Virus record (IMG/VR): IMGVR_UViG_3300024358_000009
Coordinates: 1 to 64,000 of that record
Length of the DNA: 64,000 nt
Reading direction: 5' to 3' (one strand)
The translations under genes and the position numbers were made by a program. The notes under the pieces were generated by a model that did not search any database, was not told the origin of the DNA, and saw only the letters and a program-made list of their open reading frames with translations. Shown one piece after another: positions 54,476 to 64,000 of this stretch. Numbering within the stretch: position 1 is the stretch's first letter; every line of letters starts with the position of its first letter.

Positions 54476-55141
54476 GTGAATAATTCGACTATATTAGTTT
54501 TTGATTTTGAAACTGGTAGTGTCAATCCAGAAACTTGTGAAGTTATTCAAGTAGCTGCTATGGCACTGCATCCAAGAAGTCTTGCTGAGTTAGGGCAATA
54601 CACAAGTCTAATTAAGCCAAGAGACTTTTCTAAGCTTGAAAAAGAAGCTTTAGAAATTAATAAAAAGAGCATAGAAGAACTTGAAAAAGCACCAGATTTA
54701 TCTATTGTTTGGAAATCTTTTACATCTTTTATTAAAAAATATAACCCAAAACCTGGCAATACATTTTTTGCACCTATTGCTGCCGGAAAAAACATAAGAC
54801 ACTTTGACATGATTATCATTAATCGTTTAGCTAGAGAATTTGGCGATTGTGATAAATATGGAAAACAAAACTTATTTAATAAAAGAAGCGTTTTTGATTT
54901 GGATGATTTTGTTTTTTATTGGTTTGATAATTCAAATGAGTTGCGTGATCACAAGATGGACACTCTTAGAGAGTATTTTGGTATGTCTACTGAGAATGCA
55001 CATGATGCTTTAGTAGATGTTAAGCAAACAGCAACGCTATTGAAAAACTTTATACAGCTTCATAGAAAAGTAGCTGCCAAAGTTAATTTTAAAAACTCAT
55101 TAAGTGATAACATAGAAAGAACTAAGGGTTTCTCTGCTTAA
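54476..55141 (+). CDS. DEDDh 3'-5' exonuclease (DnaQ/epsilon-like)
   Basis: FDFETG (ExoI), NIRHFD (ExoII), HDALVD (ExoIII); GTG start after AGGA. Confidence 0.88.
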   Translation: MNNSTILVFDFETGSVNPETCEVIQVAAMALHPRSLAELGQYTSLIKPRDFSKLEKEALEINKKSIEELEKAPDLSIVWKSFTSFIKKYNPKPGNTFFAPIAAGKNIRHFDMIIINRLAREFGDCDKYGKQNLFNKRSVFDLDDFVFYWFDNSNELRDHKMDTLREYFGMSTENAHDALVDVKQTATLLKNFIQLHRKVAAKVNFKNSLSDNIERTKGFSA

Positions 55142-55150
55142 AGGATATTT

Positions 55151-56776
55151 ATGGAAGATTTTTATAAATTTGATTGTGGCTGTAAATGGCCAATACTTAA
55201 AAATTCTGAAAACGGCAAGATGCCAAAATTAAAAATAGATTTACAAAATCTACCAGATTGTGATTTAGCTTGGAAAATTTTTGCTAATGGTGACACAAAA
55301 GGCATTTTTCAATTAGAATCCCATCTTGGTAAACAATGGTCTAAAAAACTAAGACCCAAAAATATGGAGCATCTTTCTGCTCTTGGAGCACTTTTAAGGC
55401 CAGGTTGCCTTCGAGCATTAGACGAAGAAGGCGTTTCAATGACGGAGCATTATTGCAAAAGAGTAAATGGTTTTGAAAAAGTTCCAAGTTATCATGCGTC
55501 AGTAGATAATATCTTAAAACCTACATATGGTGCTTTAGTTTTTCAAGAACAGGCAATGCAAATTGCACAAGCTGTTGCAGGATTTAATCTGCAAGAGGCT
55601 GATGTTTTAAGAAAAGCAATTGGCAAGAAGAATACTCAAGAAATGGCCAATTGCAAAAAAATGTTTATTGATGGTGCTAAAAAAGCAGCTGTTATCTCTG
55701 ATGAACAAGCAGAGGAATTATTCGGTTGGATTCAAGCAAGCCAAAGATATTCGTTCAACAAAAGTCACAGTTCAGCGTACGGATATACAGGATATGACAC
55801 GGCTTATTTAAAAAGTCATTTTCCAGTATATTTCTTTACGAGTTGGCTTTATTACGCAAAAGACAAAGCTGATAGTTCACAAGAAGTTGCAGATCTTATA
55901 GACAATGCAAAACTTTATAACATAAATGTATATCCACCAGACATTAGGATGTTAAAGTCTAATTTTTATACTGACGGTGAATCTATATGGTTTGGCCTAT
56001 CTGATATTAAAGGTATAGGTACATCACAAATCAATAAACTTATTAACTGCTTTAACTCTCAGTCAGAAAAGATTGATAGTTGGATAAAATTTTTAATAAA
56101 TTGTTCTGATTCTATTTCTTCTACATCAGTATCTAAAATAATAGCAGTAGGCGGTTTTGATTGGACTGGTGAATACAGGCAAAAGTTAATAGCAGAATTA
56201 GAAACATGGAATCAATTAACTCAAAAAGAAAAAGAATGGATTAGAGAAAATTGCAAAGATTATAAAAATATAAAAGACTGTATACTTCTTCTTGCTAAAC
56301 CGAAAAAAGAAGGTGGTGGTTGCAGTAATAAAAATCGTGTTTCATTAGTTAACGATTTGTATAATATGTTAGAAAATCCACCAACTACTTATAATGATCC
56401 AGTCACTTGGAAAGTATGGGCAGAAAGAGAAAGTTTAGGCATAGCTCTGTCCTGTTCATTAACCGATGGTTCAGATAATCAATCTGCAAATACAACATGT
56501 AAGGAATTTTATTTTGGAAAAACTGGATTTATGGTATTGTCAGTTGAAATATTAGATGTTAAAGAAATAATTACTAAAAAAGGAAAAGATCCCGGTAGAA
56601 AAATGGCTAGATTAACAGTTTCTGATTCTAGCTGTAAAATAGATAATGCGATTATCTTTCCAGATGCTTATGAGCTATTTGTAGACAAAATTTTTGTAGG
56701 AAACACTGTTTTAATTCGTGTCGAGCGTGACAGAAAAACAGATGCTATGGTTCTCAAAGATATTAACCAACTGTAA
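55151..56776 (+). CDS. dnaE: DNA polymerase III alpha, C-terminal part (fingers, HhH, OB)
   Basis: GDTKGIFQLES, LLRPG, FQEQAM, LRKAIGKK, YSFNKSHS, PPDI, FGLSDIKGIG, OB fold MA..T..D. Confidence 0.92.
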   Translation: MEDFYKFDCGCKWPILKNSENGKMPKLKIDLQNLPDCDLAWKIFANGDTKGIFQLESHLGKQWSKKLRPKNMEHLSALGALLRPGCLRALDEEGVSMTEHYCKRVNGFEKVPSYHASVDNILKPTYGALVFQEQAMQIAQAVAGFNLQEADVLRKAIGKKNTQEMANCKKMFIDGAKKAAVISDEQAEELFGWIQASQRYSFNKSHSSAYGYTGYDTAYLKSHFPVYFFTSWLYYAKDKADSSQEVADLIDNAKLYNINVYPPDIRMLKSNFYTDGESIWFGLSDIKGIGTSQINKLINCFNSQSEKIDSWIKFLINCSDSISSTSVSKIIAVGGFDWTGEYRQKLIAELETWNQLTQKEKEWIRENCKDYKNIKDCILLLAKPKKEGGGCSNKNRVSLVNDLYNMLENPPTTYNDPVTWKVWAERESLGIALSCSLTDGSDNQSANTTCKEFYFGKTGFMVLSVEILDVKEIITKKGKDPGRKMARLTVSDSSCKIDNAIIFPDAYELFVDKIFVGNTVLIRVERDRKTDAMVLKDINQL

Positions 56777-56788
56777 GGAGTTTTTTAA

Positions 56789-57175
56789 ATGAATGAGTGT
56801 ATCTTTTTGGGTAATTTCGTTCGTGATCCAAGGCTTGTACAAACAAGTAATGGAGAAACGGTAGTTAATTTTACATTAGCTGTTAATCCTCCTTATAAGC
56901 GTGAAAAGGGAGATAAAAAGGGAACTGCATATATTGATTGTGAAGCATGGGAAAAAACAGCCGAATTAATTAATAAAAATTTTTCTAAAGGTTCAAGAAT
57001 TTTAGTACAGACATTTGCTAAGAGTGATTCTTGGAAAGATGAAACAACTGGAGCTAAAAGGAATAGAATTAAGTTTGTAGTAACAAGATTCCATTGGCCA
57101 GCACCAACAAGTCGTCAAGAACGAGAAGAAAAAGAAGAAGATGTTTTAGCAGAAACTAATTGGTATCCTGTTTAA
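56789..57175 (+). CDS. ssb: single-stranded DNA-binding protein
   Basis: LGNFVRDP, V.NFTLAVN, IDCEAWEKTAE...FSKG..ILV. Confidence 0.88.
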   Translation: MNECIFLGNFVRDPRLVQTSNGETVVNFTLAVNPPYKREKGDKKGTAYIDCEAWEKTAELINKNFSKGSRILVQTFAKSDSWKDETTGAKRNRIKFVVTRFHWPAPTSRQEREEKEEDVLAETNWYPV

Positions 57176-57176
57176 A

Positions 57177-58736
57177 ATGAAAAAACATAAATTACTCCTT
57201 GTCAATGATAGCACATCCTTATCAACAGGATATTCTGTCTATGGCAAGGAGATTTTTTATAGACTTTTAAAAACTGATCAATTTGAATTAGCAGAACTTT
57301 CTAGTTATACAGATTCTATTGATCAATCTATACCTTGGAAAATATATCCAGCTGTTCCAGCTAATTTAGCAGATGAACAATTAAAAGATTTTATATCAGA
57401 TCATGAAAATTCATTTGGAAAATATGTTTTTGAAAATGTTCTTCTTGATTTTAAGCCAGATACAGTAATATCTTTCCGTGATCCTTGGATGGATTCTTTT
57501 ATATCAAATTCTCCATTGAGATCATACTATAACTGGATATATATGCCTCCAGTAGATGGAGTTGGACAAACAAAAGAATGGATTTCTTTATATTCTTGTG
57601 CAGACTATATTTTAACATATTCAAAATGGGCCAAAAACCTGTTGTCAAGTTATCCAAATATAAATGTTAATGCTATAGCACCACCTTCAGCAGATAATTG
57701 TTTTGTTCCTTTAGAAGATAAAAAACAGTTAAAAGTTGAATTTGGCATACCAGAAAATGCATTTATTATTGGCTCTGTAATGAGAAATCAAAAAAGAAAA
57801 CTTTTCCCAGATTTGATATTCTCATTTGCTAAACTGATAAGTTTATTGCCAATAGAAGTTTCTTCAAAAACATTTTTATACTTACATACTTCATATCCAG
57901 ATCTTGGATGGGATATACCAAGATTATTAATAGAGTCTGGAGTATCTAATAAAATTTTATTTACATACACATGTGATAGTTGTGGTTGCAATTTTCCATC
58001 TGTGTGGAAAGGAAACTGCATTTACTGCATTCAATGTAGAAATCAAAGTTGTTTTACAGCAGGAACAAAAAATGGTGTTTCAAAAGAACAGATGGCAAAA
58101 ATTTATGGAATATTTGATTGTTTAGTTCAATATTCAATATGCGAAGGTTTTGGAATGCCACAAGTTGAAGCTGCTTATTGTGGAGTTCCAGTATTTTCAG
58201 TTAATTATTCTGCTATGCAAGATATGCCAGAAACAATATTAGCTACTCCAATTAATTTTTCGCTTCAGATAGAATCCGAAACTCATAGAGGAATTGCAAA
58301 TCCAGATAAAAACGATTTAATCAATAAGCTTAAGGAACTAATATTAACTCCAGAATTTATTAGAGAAAATAAAAAATACGAAATAGCTTCTTTGGCCAGA
58401 GAATCATATGACTATAATGTTTCTGCGAATACTTGGATCAATGCTATATTTTCATTAAAATCTGCTAAATCTTGGAATTCAGAACAGATTATTCTTAATG
58501 AAGAAAAATTTGATTATACAAATTTAAATGACGGCGAGTTTTTAGAAAAAGCATTTGAAAAAATTATTAAAATAAAAAACAAAAATATTTATCAAGTAAA
58601 AGGATCTTTCAAAAAAAGACTGTTTAATAAATTTGAAAAAAATAGAACTGAAACTACCAGAGAAAGCATAATTACAACTTTAAATAATATAAGAAAATCT
58701 ATAAATCATTGGGAAGAAAAGAGAGTTTCTAAATGA
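57177..58736 (+). CDS. GT4 (GT-B) glycosyltransferase with Cys-rich insertion
   Basis: STGY, RNQKRKLFPDL, EGFGMPQVEAAYCG; CDSC..CIQC insert. Confidence 0.88.
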   Translation: MKKHKLLLVNDSTSLSTGYSVYGKEIFYRLLKTDQFELAELSSYTDSIDQSIPWKIYPAVPANLADEQLKDFISDHENSFGKYVFENVLLDFKPDTVISFRDPWMDSFISNSPLRSYYNWIYMPPVDGVGQTKEWISLYSCADYILTYSKWAKNLLSSYPNINVNAIAPPSADNCFVPLEDKKQLKVEFGIPENAFIIGSVMRNQKRKLFPDLIFSFAKLISLLPIEVSSKTFLYLHTSYPDLGWDIPRLLIESGVSNKILFTYTCDSCGCNFPSVWKGNCIYCIQCRNQSCFTAGTKNGVSKEQMAKIYGIFDCLVQYSICEGFGMPQVEAAYCGVPVFSVNYSAMQDMPETILATPINFSLQIESETHRGIANPDKNDLINKLKELILTPEFIRENKKYEIASLARESYDYNVSANTWINAIFSLKSAKSWNSEQIILNEEKFDYTNLNDGEFLEKAFEKIIKIKNKNIYQVKGSFKKRLFNKFEKNRTETTRESIITTLNNIRKSINHWEEKRVSK

Positions 58737-59860
58737 ATTTACTGTATATAAGTGATTATAGATCATTTAGTGGTTATGGAAAAGCTGCAATAGAATATAT
58801 CAGAAGTTTATCGACAACTGAATTCAATGTATTTTGTCGCCCATTAATATTCAACGCAATTGATTTAACAGAAATACCAGAAGATATAAAAAAAATAGAA
58901 GATAAAGAACCAAAAAACATAGATGTTGTTATTCAACACACAATACCCGCTCATATGCAGTATGCATCAAAATATTGCAATATAGGAATGTTTGCTTGGG
59001 AAACAGATAGTTTTGTGTGTTCTGGATGGAAAGATAATTTAAATTCAATGGATTCGGTATTTGTTTTTAACAGGCAAATGGTTGATGCGTGTAAAAAAAG
59101 TGGCGTTACCAAAGAATTAAAAGTAATTCCACATGCAACAAATACAGATAAATATTTTAAAAAATATAAAATCCCTAATTTTATGTCTGAAATAAAAACA
59201 AATGACAAATTTATTTTTTATACAATAGGAGAATTTAATAAAAGAAAAAACATGGCATCTCTTTTAATGTCATATTTTTTAGAGTTTGGCAAAGACGAAA
59301 ATGTATGCTTACTAATAAAGTCTAATTGTTCTCAGGAAGAATTTTTTACTTTTTGTGATCAAATTTCAAATTCTTTAAAATGTAAATACATACCAGAAGT
59401 TATTTTAATAAATGAAAAAATATCAGAAGATGAAATATGTTCAATACACTATTATTCAGATTGTTTTGTTCAAACATCGCATGGAGAAGCATGGTCTATT
59501 CCAGCTTTTGAAGCTATGTGTTTTGGAAAAACCCCAATCGTACCGGCTTCTTCGGGGTATTTAGATTATATGGATGATAGTTGTGGTTGGTTTATACCAG
59601 TAACAGAATCGCAAGTATTTTCTATGTTTAAGGATAGTCCTGGATTATATAGAGGGGATGAAATTTGGTGGCAAGTTGATATTTCAAAAACTAGACAACT
59701 AATGAGAGAGGCTTACTCAAATGAAAAAATCAGATTACAAAAAAGCGAAAATGGTATAGAAAAGTCTTTTAGTTTTTCCCATGCCGAAATAGGCAAATTA
59801 CTCTCAGAGAATATAAAATGGGCAATCGAAAGAAAATCGTTAAGTGGAAAGACTTTGTAA
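58733..59860 (+). CDS. GT4 (GT-B) glycosyltransferase
   Basis: SGYG.AA, FAWET, FNKRKN, SHGEAWSIPAFEAM. Confidence 0.88.
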   Translation: MNLLYISDYRSFSGYGKAAIEYIRSLSTTEFNVFCRPLIFNAIDLTEIPEDIKKIEDKEPKNIDVVIQHTIPAHMQYASKYCNIGMFAWETDSFVCSGWKDNLNSMDSVFVFNRQMVDACKKSGVTKELKVIPHATNTDKYFKKYKIPNFMSEIKTNDKFIFYTIGEFNKRKNMASLLMSYFLEFGKDENVCLLIKSNCSQEEFFTFCDQISNSLKCKYIPEVILINEKISEDEICSIHYYSDCFVQTSHGEAWSIPAFEAMCFGKTPIVPASSGYLDYMDDSCGWFIPVTESQVFSMFKDSPGLYRGDEIWWQVDISKTRQLMREAYSNEKIRLQKSENGIEKSFSFSHAEIGKLLSENIKWAIERKSLSGKTL

Positions 59861-60552
59861 ATCAAGAGGAAAAAGAAAAACAAAAAGAAGAAAACTGGAA
59901 AGAAGAAAGAAACAAGGATGTTGCAAATAAAAAAAGAATAAAGCCAAAAACACCAAATCAAAGCATATTTTTTGATGCTATAAATCAATCTACTCTAACA
60001 ATTTGTACAGGGCCAGCCGGAACTGGAAAAAGTTATCTATCTTGTGGTGTTGCTATCGGTTATTTGCTGGATGGTAAAATAGATAAAATTATCGTAAGCA
60101 GACCAATAGTAGAATGCGGTGATGGACTAGGTTATTTACCTGGTGATATTGAGCAAAAAACAGATCCTTTTATGGTTCCTATATTTGATTCTTTTTCTGA
60201 CTTTATAAGTAAAGCAGAAATTAAAAAGTTAAAAGATGCTGGTGCTATAGAAGTTTGTCCATTAGAAACAATGAGAGGTAGAACTTTCCATAATTCTTTT
60301 ATAATTTTAGACGAAGCTCAAAACGCCACTAAGAAACAAGTAAAAATGTTTTTAACTAGACTTGGTTTAAATTCTAAAATGATTGTTTGTGGTGATAAAA
60401 GCCAAAGCGATTTACCTCATGCCGATGGAAATCCACTAGATTGGATTATTAAAAAACTAGAGCATCCAGAAATATCTAAAGTATATTTAACATCAGAGGA
60501 TGTTCAAAGACACGGACTTGTAAGATATATCGTAGAAAAAATTGGAGAATGA
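59818..60552 (+). CDS. phoH: PhoH family protein
   Basis: GPAGTGKSY, RP.VE.G..LGYLPG, MRGRTF, ILDEAQN, TRLG. Confidence 0.92.
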   Translation: MGNRKKIVKWKDFVNQEEKEKQKEENWKEERNKDVANKKRIKPKTPNQSIFFDAINQSTLTICTGPAGTGKSYLSCGVAIGYLLDGKIDKIIVSRPIVECGDGLGYLPGDIEQKTDPFMVPIFDSFSDFISKAEIKKLKDAGAIEVCPLETMRGRTFHNSFIILDEAQNATKKQVKMFLTRLGLNSKMIVCGDKSQSDLPHADGNPLDWIIKKLEHPEISKVYLTSEDVQRHGLVRYIVEKIGE

Positions 60553-60602
60553 TTTGATTTAGATAAGACACTTGCTACAATATTTTAATTGTAGGAGTTC
60601 TT

Positions 60603-61436
60603 ATGCCAAATCAAATTAATAGTATATTATGGAAGTTGAGAGAAAATAAGAAAACTCTCAATATTGTTACTGAATTTTATGACGAAAAAACATTATTTGA
60701 TTTATCTAAAACTAATCATAATTTTTTTATACTTCCAAAAAATAATCAAAATGGATGGAATAATTTTTTCAGAAAAAAACCAGATAATATATCAGTATTA
60801 AAGAATTACGAAGAATGTTTTTTTAGTTTATCTGAATATGCTTTTGATGTTTTTTTGTCATTTACTGGAAAATGGGATTATTTATCACTGCATTTTGGAA
60901 TACCAAAAATAAAACCTTTGAAAACAATTGGAATAGATGAAGATCTTTTTTTGCCAAATGAGATTAAGAGTGAAGTGTTTTTATATGTAAATGGTAGTTC
61001 AAAAATAAATTTAGAAGATGTAAGATATATAACAAAAGGATTAAACTTTGTTAGTTTAGATGATAATAATAGAAGAAAATTTGAAGACTTATTAAATTTG
61101 TATAAGTCATCAATGGTTTATATAAATTTTTCAAAAACAAACAAACTTTCTCAATCAATGTTAGAAGCTATGTCCTGTGCTTGTTGTCCATTAGCATTTG
61201 ATAGCGAAGAAAATAGGAAAATAATAAAACATGGAGAAAATGGGTTTTTGTTTAACAGTAAAGAAGAAGCTAGGGTTATATGCGAAAAGTTACTTGTTTC
61301 AAAAGATTTTTTGAAATCTATATGTAATAATGCAAGAAAAACAATAGTTGAAAAATTTTCATTTTCATCTTTTATAAACGAATGGAATGATCATATTAAA
61401 AATTCATTGAATTTAAAATGGTGGGAAACTATATGA
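60603..61436 (+). CDS. GT-B glycosyltransferase-like protein
   Basis: SMLEAMSCAC, IIKHGENGFL, RKTIVEKFS. Confidence 0.75.
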   Translation: MPNQINSILWKLRENKKTLNIVTEFYDEKTLFDLSKTNHNFFILPKNNQNGWNNFFRKKPDNISVLKNYEECFFSLSEYAFDVFLSFTGKWDYLSLHFGIPKIKPLKTIGIDEDLFLPNEIKSEVFLYVNGSSKINLEDVRYITKGLNFVSLDDNNRRKFEDLLNLYKSSMVYINFSKTNKLSQSMLEAMSCACCPLAFDSEENRKIIKHGENGFLFNSKEEARVICEKLLVSKDFLKSICNNARKTIVEKFSFSSFINEWNDHIKNSLNLKWWETI

Positions 61437-61912
61437 AATTAAACTTGCTTATAAATCAAAAACATTTAGCTAAAGATGGATATTTAAATATAGATCCAAC
61501 TGCTTTACCAGAAGAAGCACCTTTAATAGTTGAAGGTAATCCAACCATTTTAGAAAAACATGTTGAAGATGGAGAAGCAGAAGAAATTATAGCAATAAAT
61601 GTTATTGATTATGTAGCTCATACAAAAGTATTTGATGTTTTGAAACAGTGGGCAGGAAAACTTGGTCATAAAGGTAAATTAATTGTAGGATTTACAGATA
61701 TATTTTCTGTTTCTAGAAGATTTTATATAGGACAAATTGACAAAAAAGAAATCGCAAATATTCTATATGGAAAATGTTTAGAGGGTTGGGATGTTAAAAA
61801 AGCATGTCTATCTATAGATGATATGAAACAAAAATTTTTAGAATGTGGATTAACTATTAAAAACATTAAATTTTTAGAACATTTTATTGTTATAGAAGGA
61901 GAAAGACCTTGA
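61433..61912 (+). CDS. divergent class I methyltransferase-like protein
   Basis: GYLNID, EEIIAINVIDYV, W..KL..KGKL. Confidence 0.5.
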   Translation: MKLNLLINQKHLAKDGYLNIDPTALPEEAPLIVEGNPTILEKHVEDGEAEEIIAINVIDYVAHTKVFDVLKQWAGKLGHKGKLIVGFTDIFSVSRRFYIGQIDKKEIANILYGKCLEGWDVKKACLSIDDMKQKFLECGLTIKNIKFLEHFIVIEGERP

Positions 61913-62739
61913 GCGAAAATGACAAATTCATGGATACAGCTTGTAAATACTGTATCTTTTCAGAAAAACAAGGTAATTTACAAACAGGTTGTAAATATGG
62001 AAATTTAGAAAAATTTAAAAATGCCGGTTGTGAAATTATAGAAGCTGAAGATCAAGATGAACAGTTTTTTGTCATTAAAAATAGATTATGTATGGCTTTA
62101 AGAAGAAGTCCGTGGGGTGAATCTTTATCGGATGAAGAAAAGATAAACAAAGTTAGAAAAGATATAACTACCAGAATAACATGCATTTTGGTAGTTAAAG
62201 AAACAGAAAACAACATTGAAAACATTGTTAAAACTTTTAAATCTGCTATAGCACAAAAGATAAAGTTTCAAAATATACATTTTATTTTGGAAAAAAAATC
62301 TAGTATTAAAATTGGCTCATTAATGAATGCTATTAAACCTATTGAGTGCGATATTCAATGGTTTGTTAAACAAATGGTTCATGACGACTTTTCTTTTAAG
62401 GATGGAATAGATGAAATAGTTGAAAAAGAAAAGAGCGTATTTTCTGCTATATTCTTTTCTGGTTTTTCTATTCCAGAAGATTTTGTTCAATCTATAGATA
62501 AAAGCATTAATGATGATTTAAACAGATTTATTATGCTTAAACCATACAAAGAAAATGGGTTAGTTTTTCAAAACAAATCTTTTAAAATCTTTGGTGGAAA
62601 CAAAGACGCTATTAATGAAGAATTAAAAGTTAATTTTTCTTCGATTTTAGAAAAAGTTGATTTTATAGCAAAAGATCAAAATTTAACCAATTTGATTGGA
62701 GACATAGAATCAATATGTCATTCGATAAAACAAGCGTAG
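61909..62739 (+). CDS. hypothetical protein (Cys-rich N-terminus, possible degenerate GT-A)
   Basis: TACKYC.F...TGC; context only. Confidence 0.5.
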   Translation: MSENDKFMDTACKYCIFSEKQGNLQTGCKYGNLEKFKNAGCEIIEAEDQDEQFFVIKNRLCMALRRSPWGESLSDEEKINKVRKDITTRITCILVVKETENNIENIVKTFKSAIAQKIKFQNIHFILEKKSSIKIGSLMNAIKPIECDIQWFVKQMVHDDFSFKDGIDEIVEKEKSVFSAIFFSGFSIPEDFVQSIDKSINDDLNRFIMLKPYKENGLVFQNKSFKIFGGNKDAINEELKVNFSSILEKVDFIAKDQNLTNLIGDIESICHSIKQA

Positions 62740-63365
62740 GTATATTTGTGTGTTTGGAAGAACGATCTTTATTTATAAAAGATTTTATCAAAAGTTTGTC
62801 TCTAGCAGCAAATGATAACACTCATTTGCACATTGTAGATATAGATTCATCTTCTGATATAGATGAAAATATATTAGAGATGATTGGAGATATTCAATTT
62901 GAAGATACTAAAGAAGAATTTGTTTCATCGAAAGGTAAGCATGGAAAATTAAATATAACTTTAACAAAGATGTGCAAGCGTAAAAAAGATATAGTTAAAA
63001 ATTATTATTTTTACGAATACATGACTAACTATGATTTAATAGGATTTTTTGAATCAAATGTAGTTTTTTACCCAGAAATATTAAAAAAGGCAGCTTCTTT
63101 ATTAAATAATGACAGCTTTATTTTTGGTTCTTGTTATTTTGATAATGATGTTTTAACTAAAAGTAATTTCAGGTATACAAATTATCAAAAGTCTTTTACA
63201 GTAGACACTTGTATCAATACGAATTTTTTTATAAATAAACTAGCAGCAGAAAGTATAAAGCCAGTTGAGTTTTTTCAAAAACAAAAGAACCCAATTTCAA
63301 TAATCGGCGAAAACTTTCTTTGCTATAAATTTTATGAAAAAGGCTTTATGGTAAAAGAACAATGA
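62715..63365 (+). CDS. hypothetical protein (possible degenerate GT2 fold)
   Basis: Context and alternating beta/alpha pattern. Confidence 0.45.
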   Translation: MSFDKTSVGIFVCLEERSLFIKDFIKSLSLAANDNTHLHIVDIDSSSDIDENILEMIGDIQFEDTKEEFVSSKGKHGKLNITLTKMCKRKKDIVKNYYFYEYMTNYDLIGFFESNVVFYPEILKKAASLLNNDSFIFGSCYFDNDVLTKSNFRYTNYQKSFTVDTCINTNFFINKLAAESIKPVEFFQKQKNPISIIGENFLCYKFYEKGFMVKEQ

Positions 63366-64000
63366 GTATATGCGTTATAATACCAGCTGCCGGTATAGGC
63401 AAGCGTATGAAATCTCATGGTCCAAAAGCCAATATTCAAATAGATAAAAATAATACTGTAATAGATAGAATATTTTCTATTGTTAAAAGAAATTTTGAAA
63501 AAACAGAAAACATTGTTGTTGTTGGTTTTCAAAAAGAAAAATTAAATTTTAAAAATCAATCTGCAAAAATAGTATTTAATGAAAATTTTGAAAATACTAA
63601 TGTATCTAAATCAATTAATTTGGGAATATCTAATTCAAAAAGCAAAGATTGTTTGATTATATATGGCGATATAGTGTTCGATAAAAATATATTTAAAAAC
63701 TTTGATTCATCAACAAGTTGTATTTGGGTTGAAAAAAGCGAAAAAAGAAGTTCTGAGGTTGGAATAAATTTTGAAAATGGTATTGTTGAACACTTTAGTT
63801 ATGGAGTTTATCCAAAGTGGGCACACATAGTTTTTCTAAAAGAAAAAGACAAAGACATTTTTTTAAACATATCTAATAATGAAAAGACAAACAAATGGTT
63901 TGGTTTTGAGATTTTAAATAAGATGATAGATATGGGAGTTAAGTTTTCAATAAAAACAATAGAAGAAGTTGTTGAAATAGATACATATTTAGATATAAAC
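63362..64000 (+). CDS. nucleotidyltransferase (NTP_transferase / LicC-like), partial
   Basis: Hand-translated VIIPAAGIGKRMKSHGPKA, IIYGDIVF, EIDT..D; runs off window end. Confidence 0.85.
   Translation, partial: MSICVIIPAAGIGKRMKSHGPKANIQIDKNNTVIDRIFSIVKRNFEKTENIVVVGFQKEKLNFKNQSAKIVFNENFENTNVSKSINLGISNSKSKDCLIIYGDIVFDKNIFKNFDSSTSCIWVEKSEKRSSEVGINFENGIVEHFSYGVYPKWAHIVFLKEKDKDIFLNISNNEKTNKWFGFEILNKMIDMGVKFSIKTIEEVVEIDTYLDIN

Noticed and set aside
54150-55250. Split intein or group I intron at the dnaE break
   Set aside because: No Cys/Ser-initiated intein N-part or His-Asn C-part; the gap is fully occupied by two coupled ORFs
1-64000. Other antisense or overlapping ORFs in the track (e.g. 4417-, 6614-, 9304-, 14114-, 15806-, 21899+, 34050-, 39640-, 40490-, 54547-, 58951-)
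   Set aside because: Overlap well-supported genes and show the Phe/Leu/Ser/Ile-rich composition expected of AT-rich shadows
1-64000. Stop-codon reassignment
   Set aside because: Long conserved genes translate intact with code 11; TAA, TAG and TGA all end genes at tight junctions; no suppressor tRNA seen

Overview
AT-rich, very gene-dense 64 kb segment, mostly + strand, best read as part of a large dsDNA bacteriophage genome. This is an inference: no virion structural genes lie in the window. 1-17.6 kb is a run of small early-type ORFs. It also holds a C5 cytosine methyltransferase with a nested second-frame ORF, a CmoA-like gene, one tRNA(CAU), a CsrA homologue and a Tat-exported DUF1501 protein, which suggests a Planctomycetota-type host. 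18-38 kb carries accessory enzymes: many glycosyltransferases and methyltransferases, PduO-type cobalamin adenosyltransferase, an ATE/Bpt-like aminoacyl transferase, DenV-like glycosylase, peptide deformylase, ThyX and a papain-like protease. 39-57 kb is nucleotide metabolism and a bacterial-type replisome: class II NrdJ, RecA/UvsX, DnaB, DnaG, dNMP kinase, DnaE split into two intein-free genes around a DnaQ-like exonuclease, and SSB. 57-64 kb holds more GT-B enzymes, PhoH and a nucleotidyltransferase. A bipartite motif, TAAA-N17-CGAATAAG, recurs about 15 times with sigma28-like spacing. All family calls come from motif recognition by eye; no database search was run.
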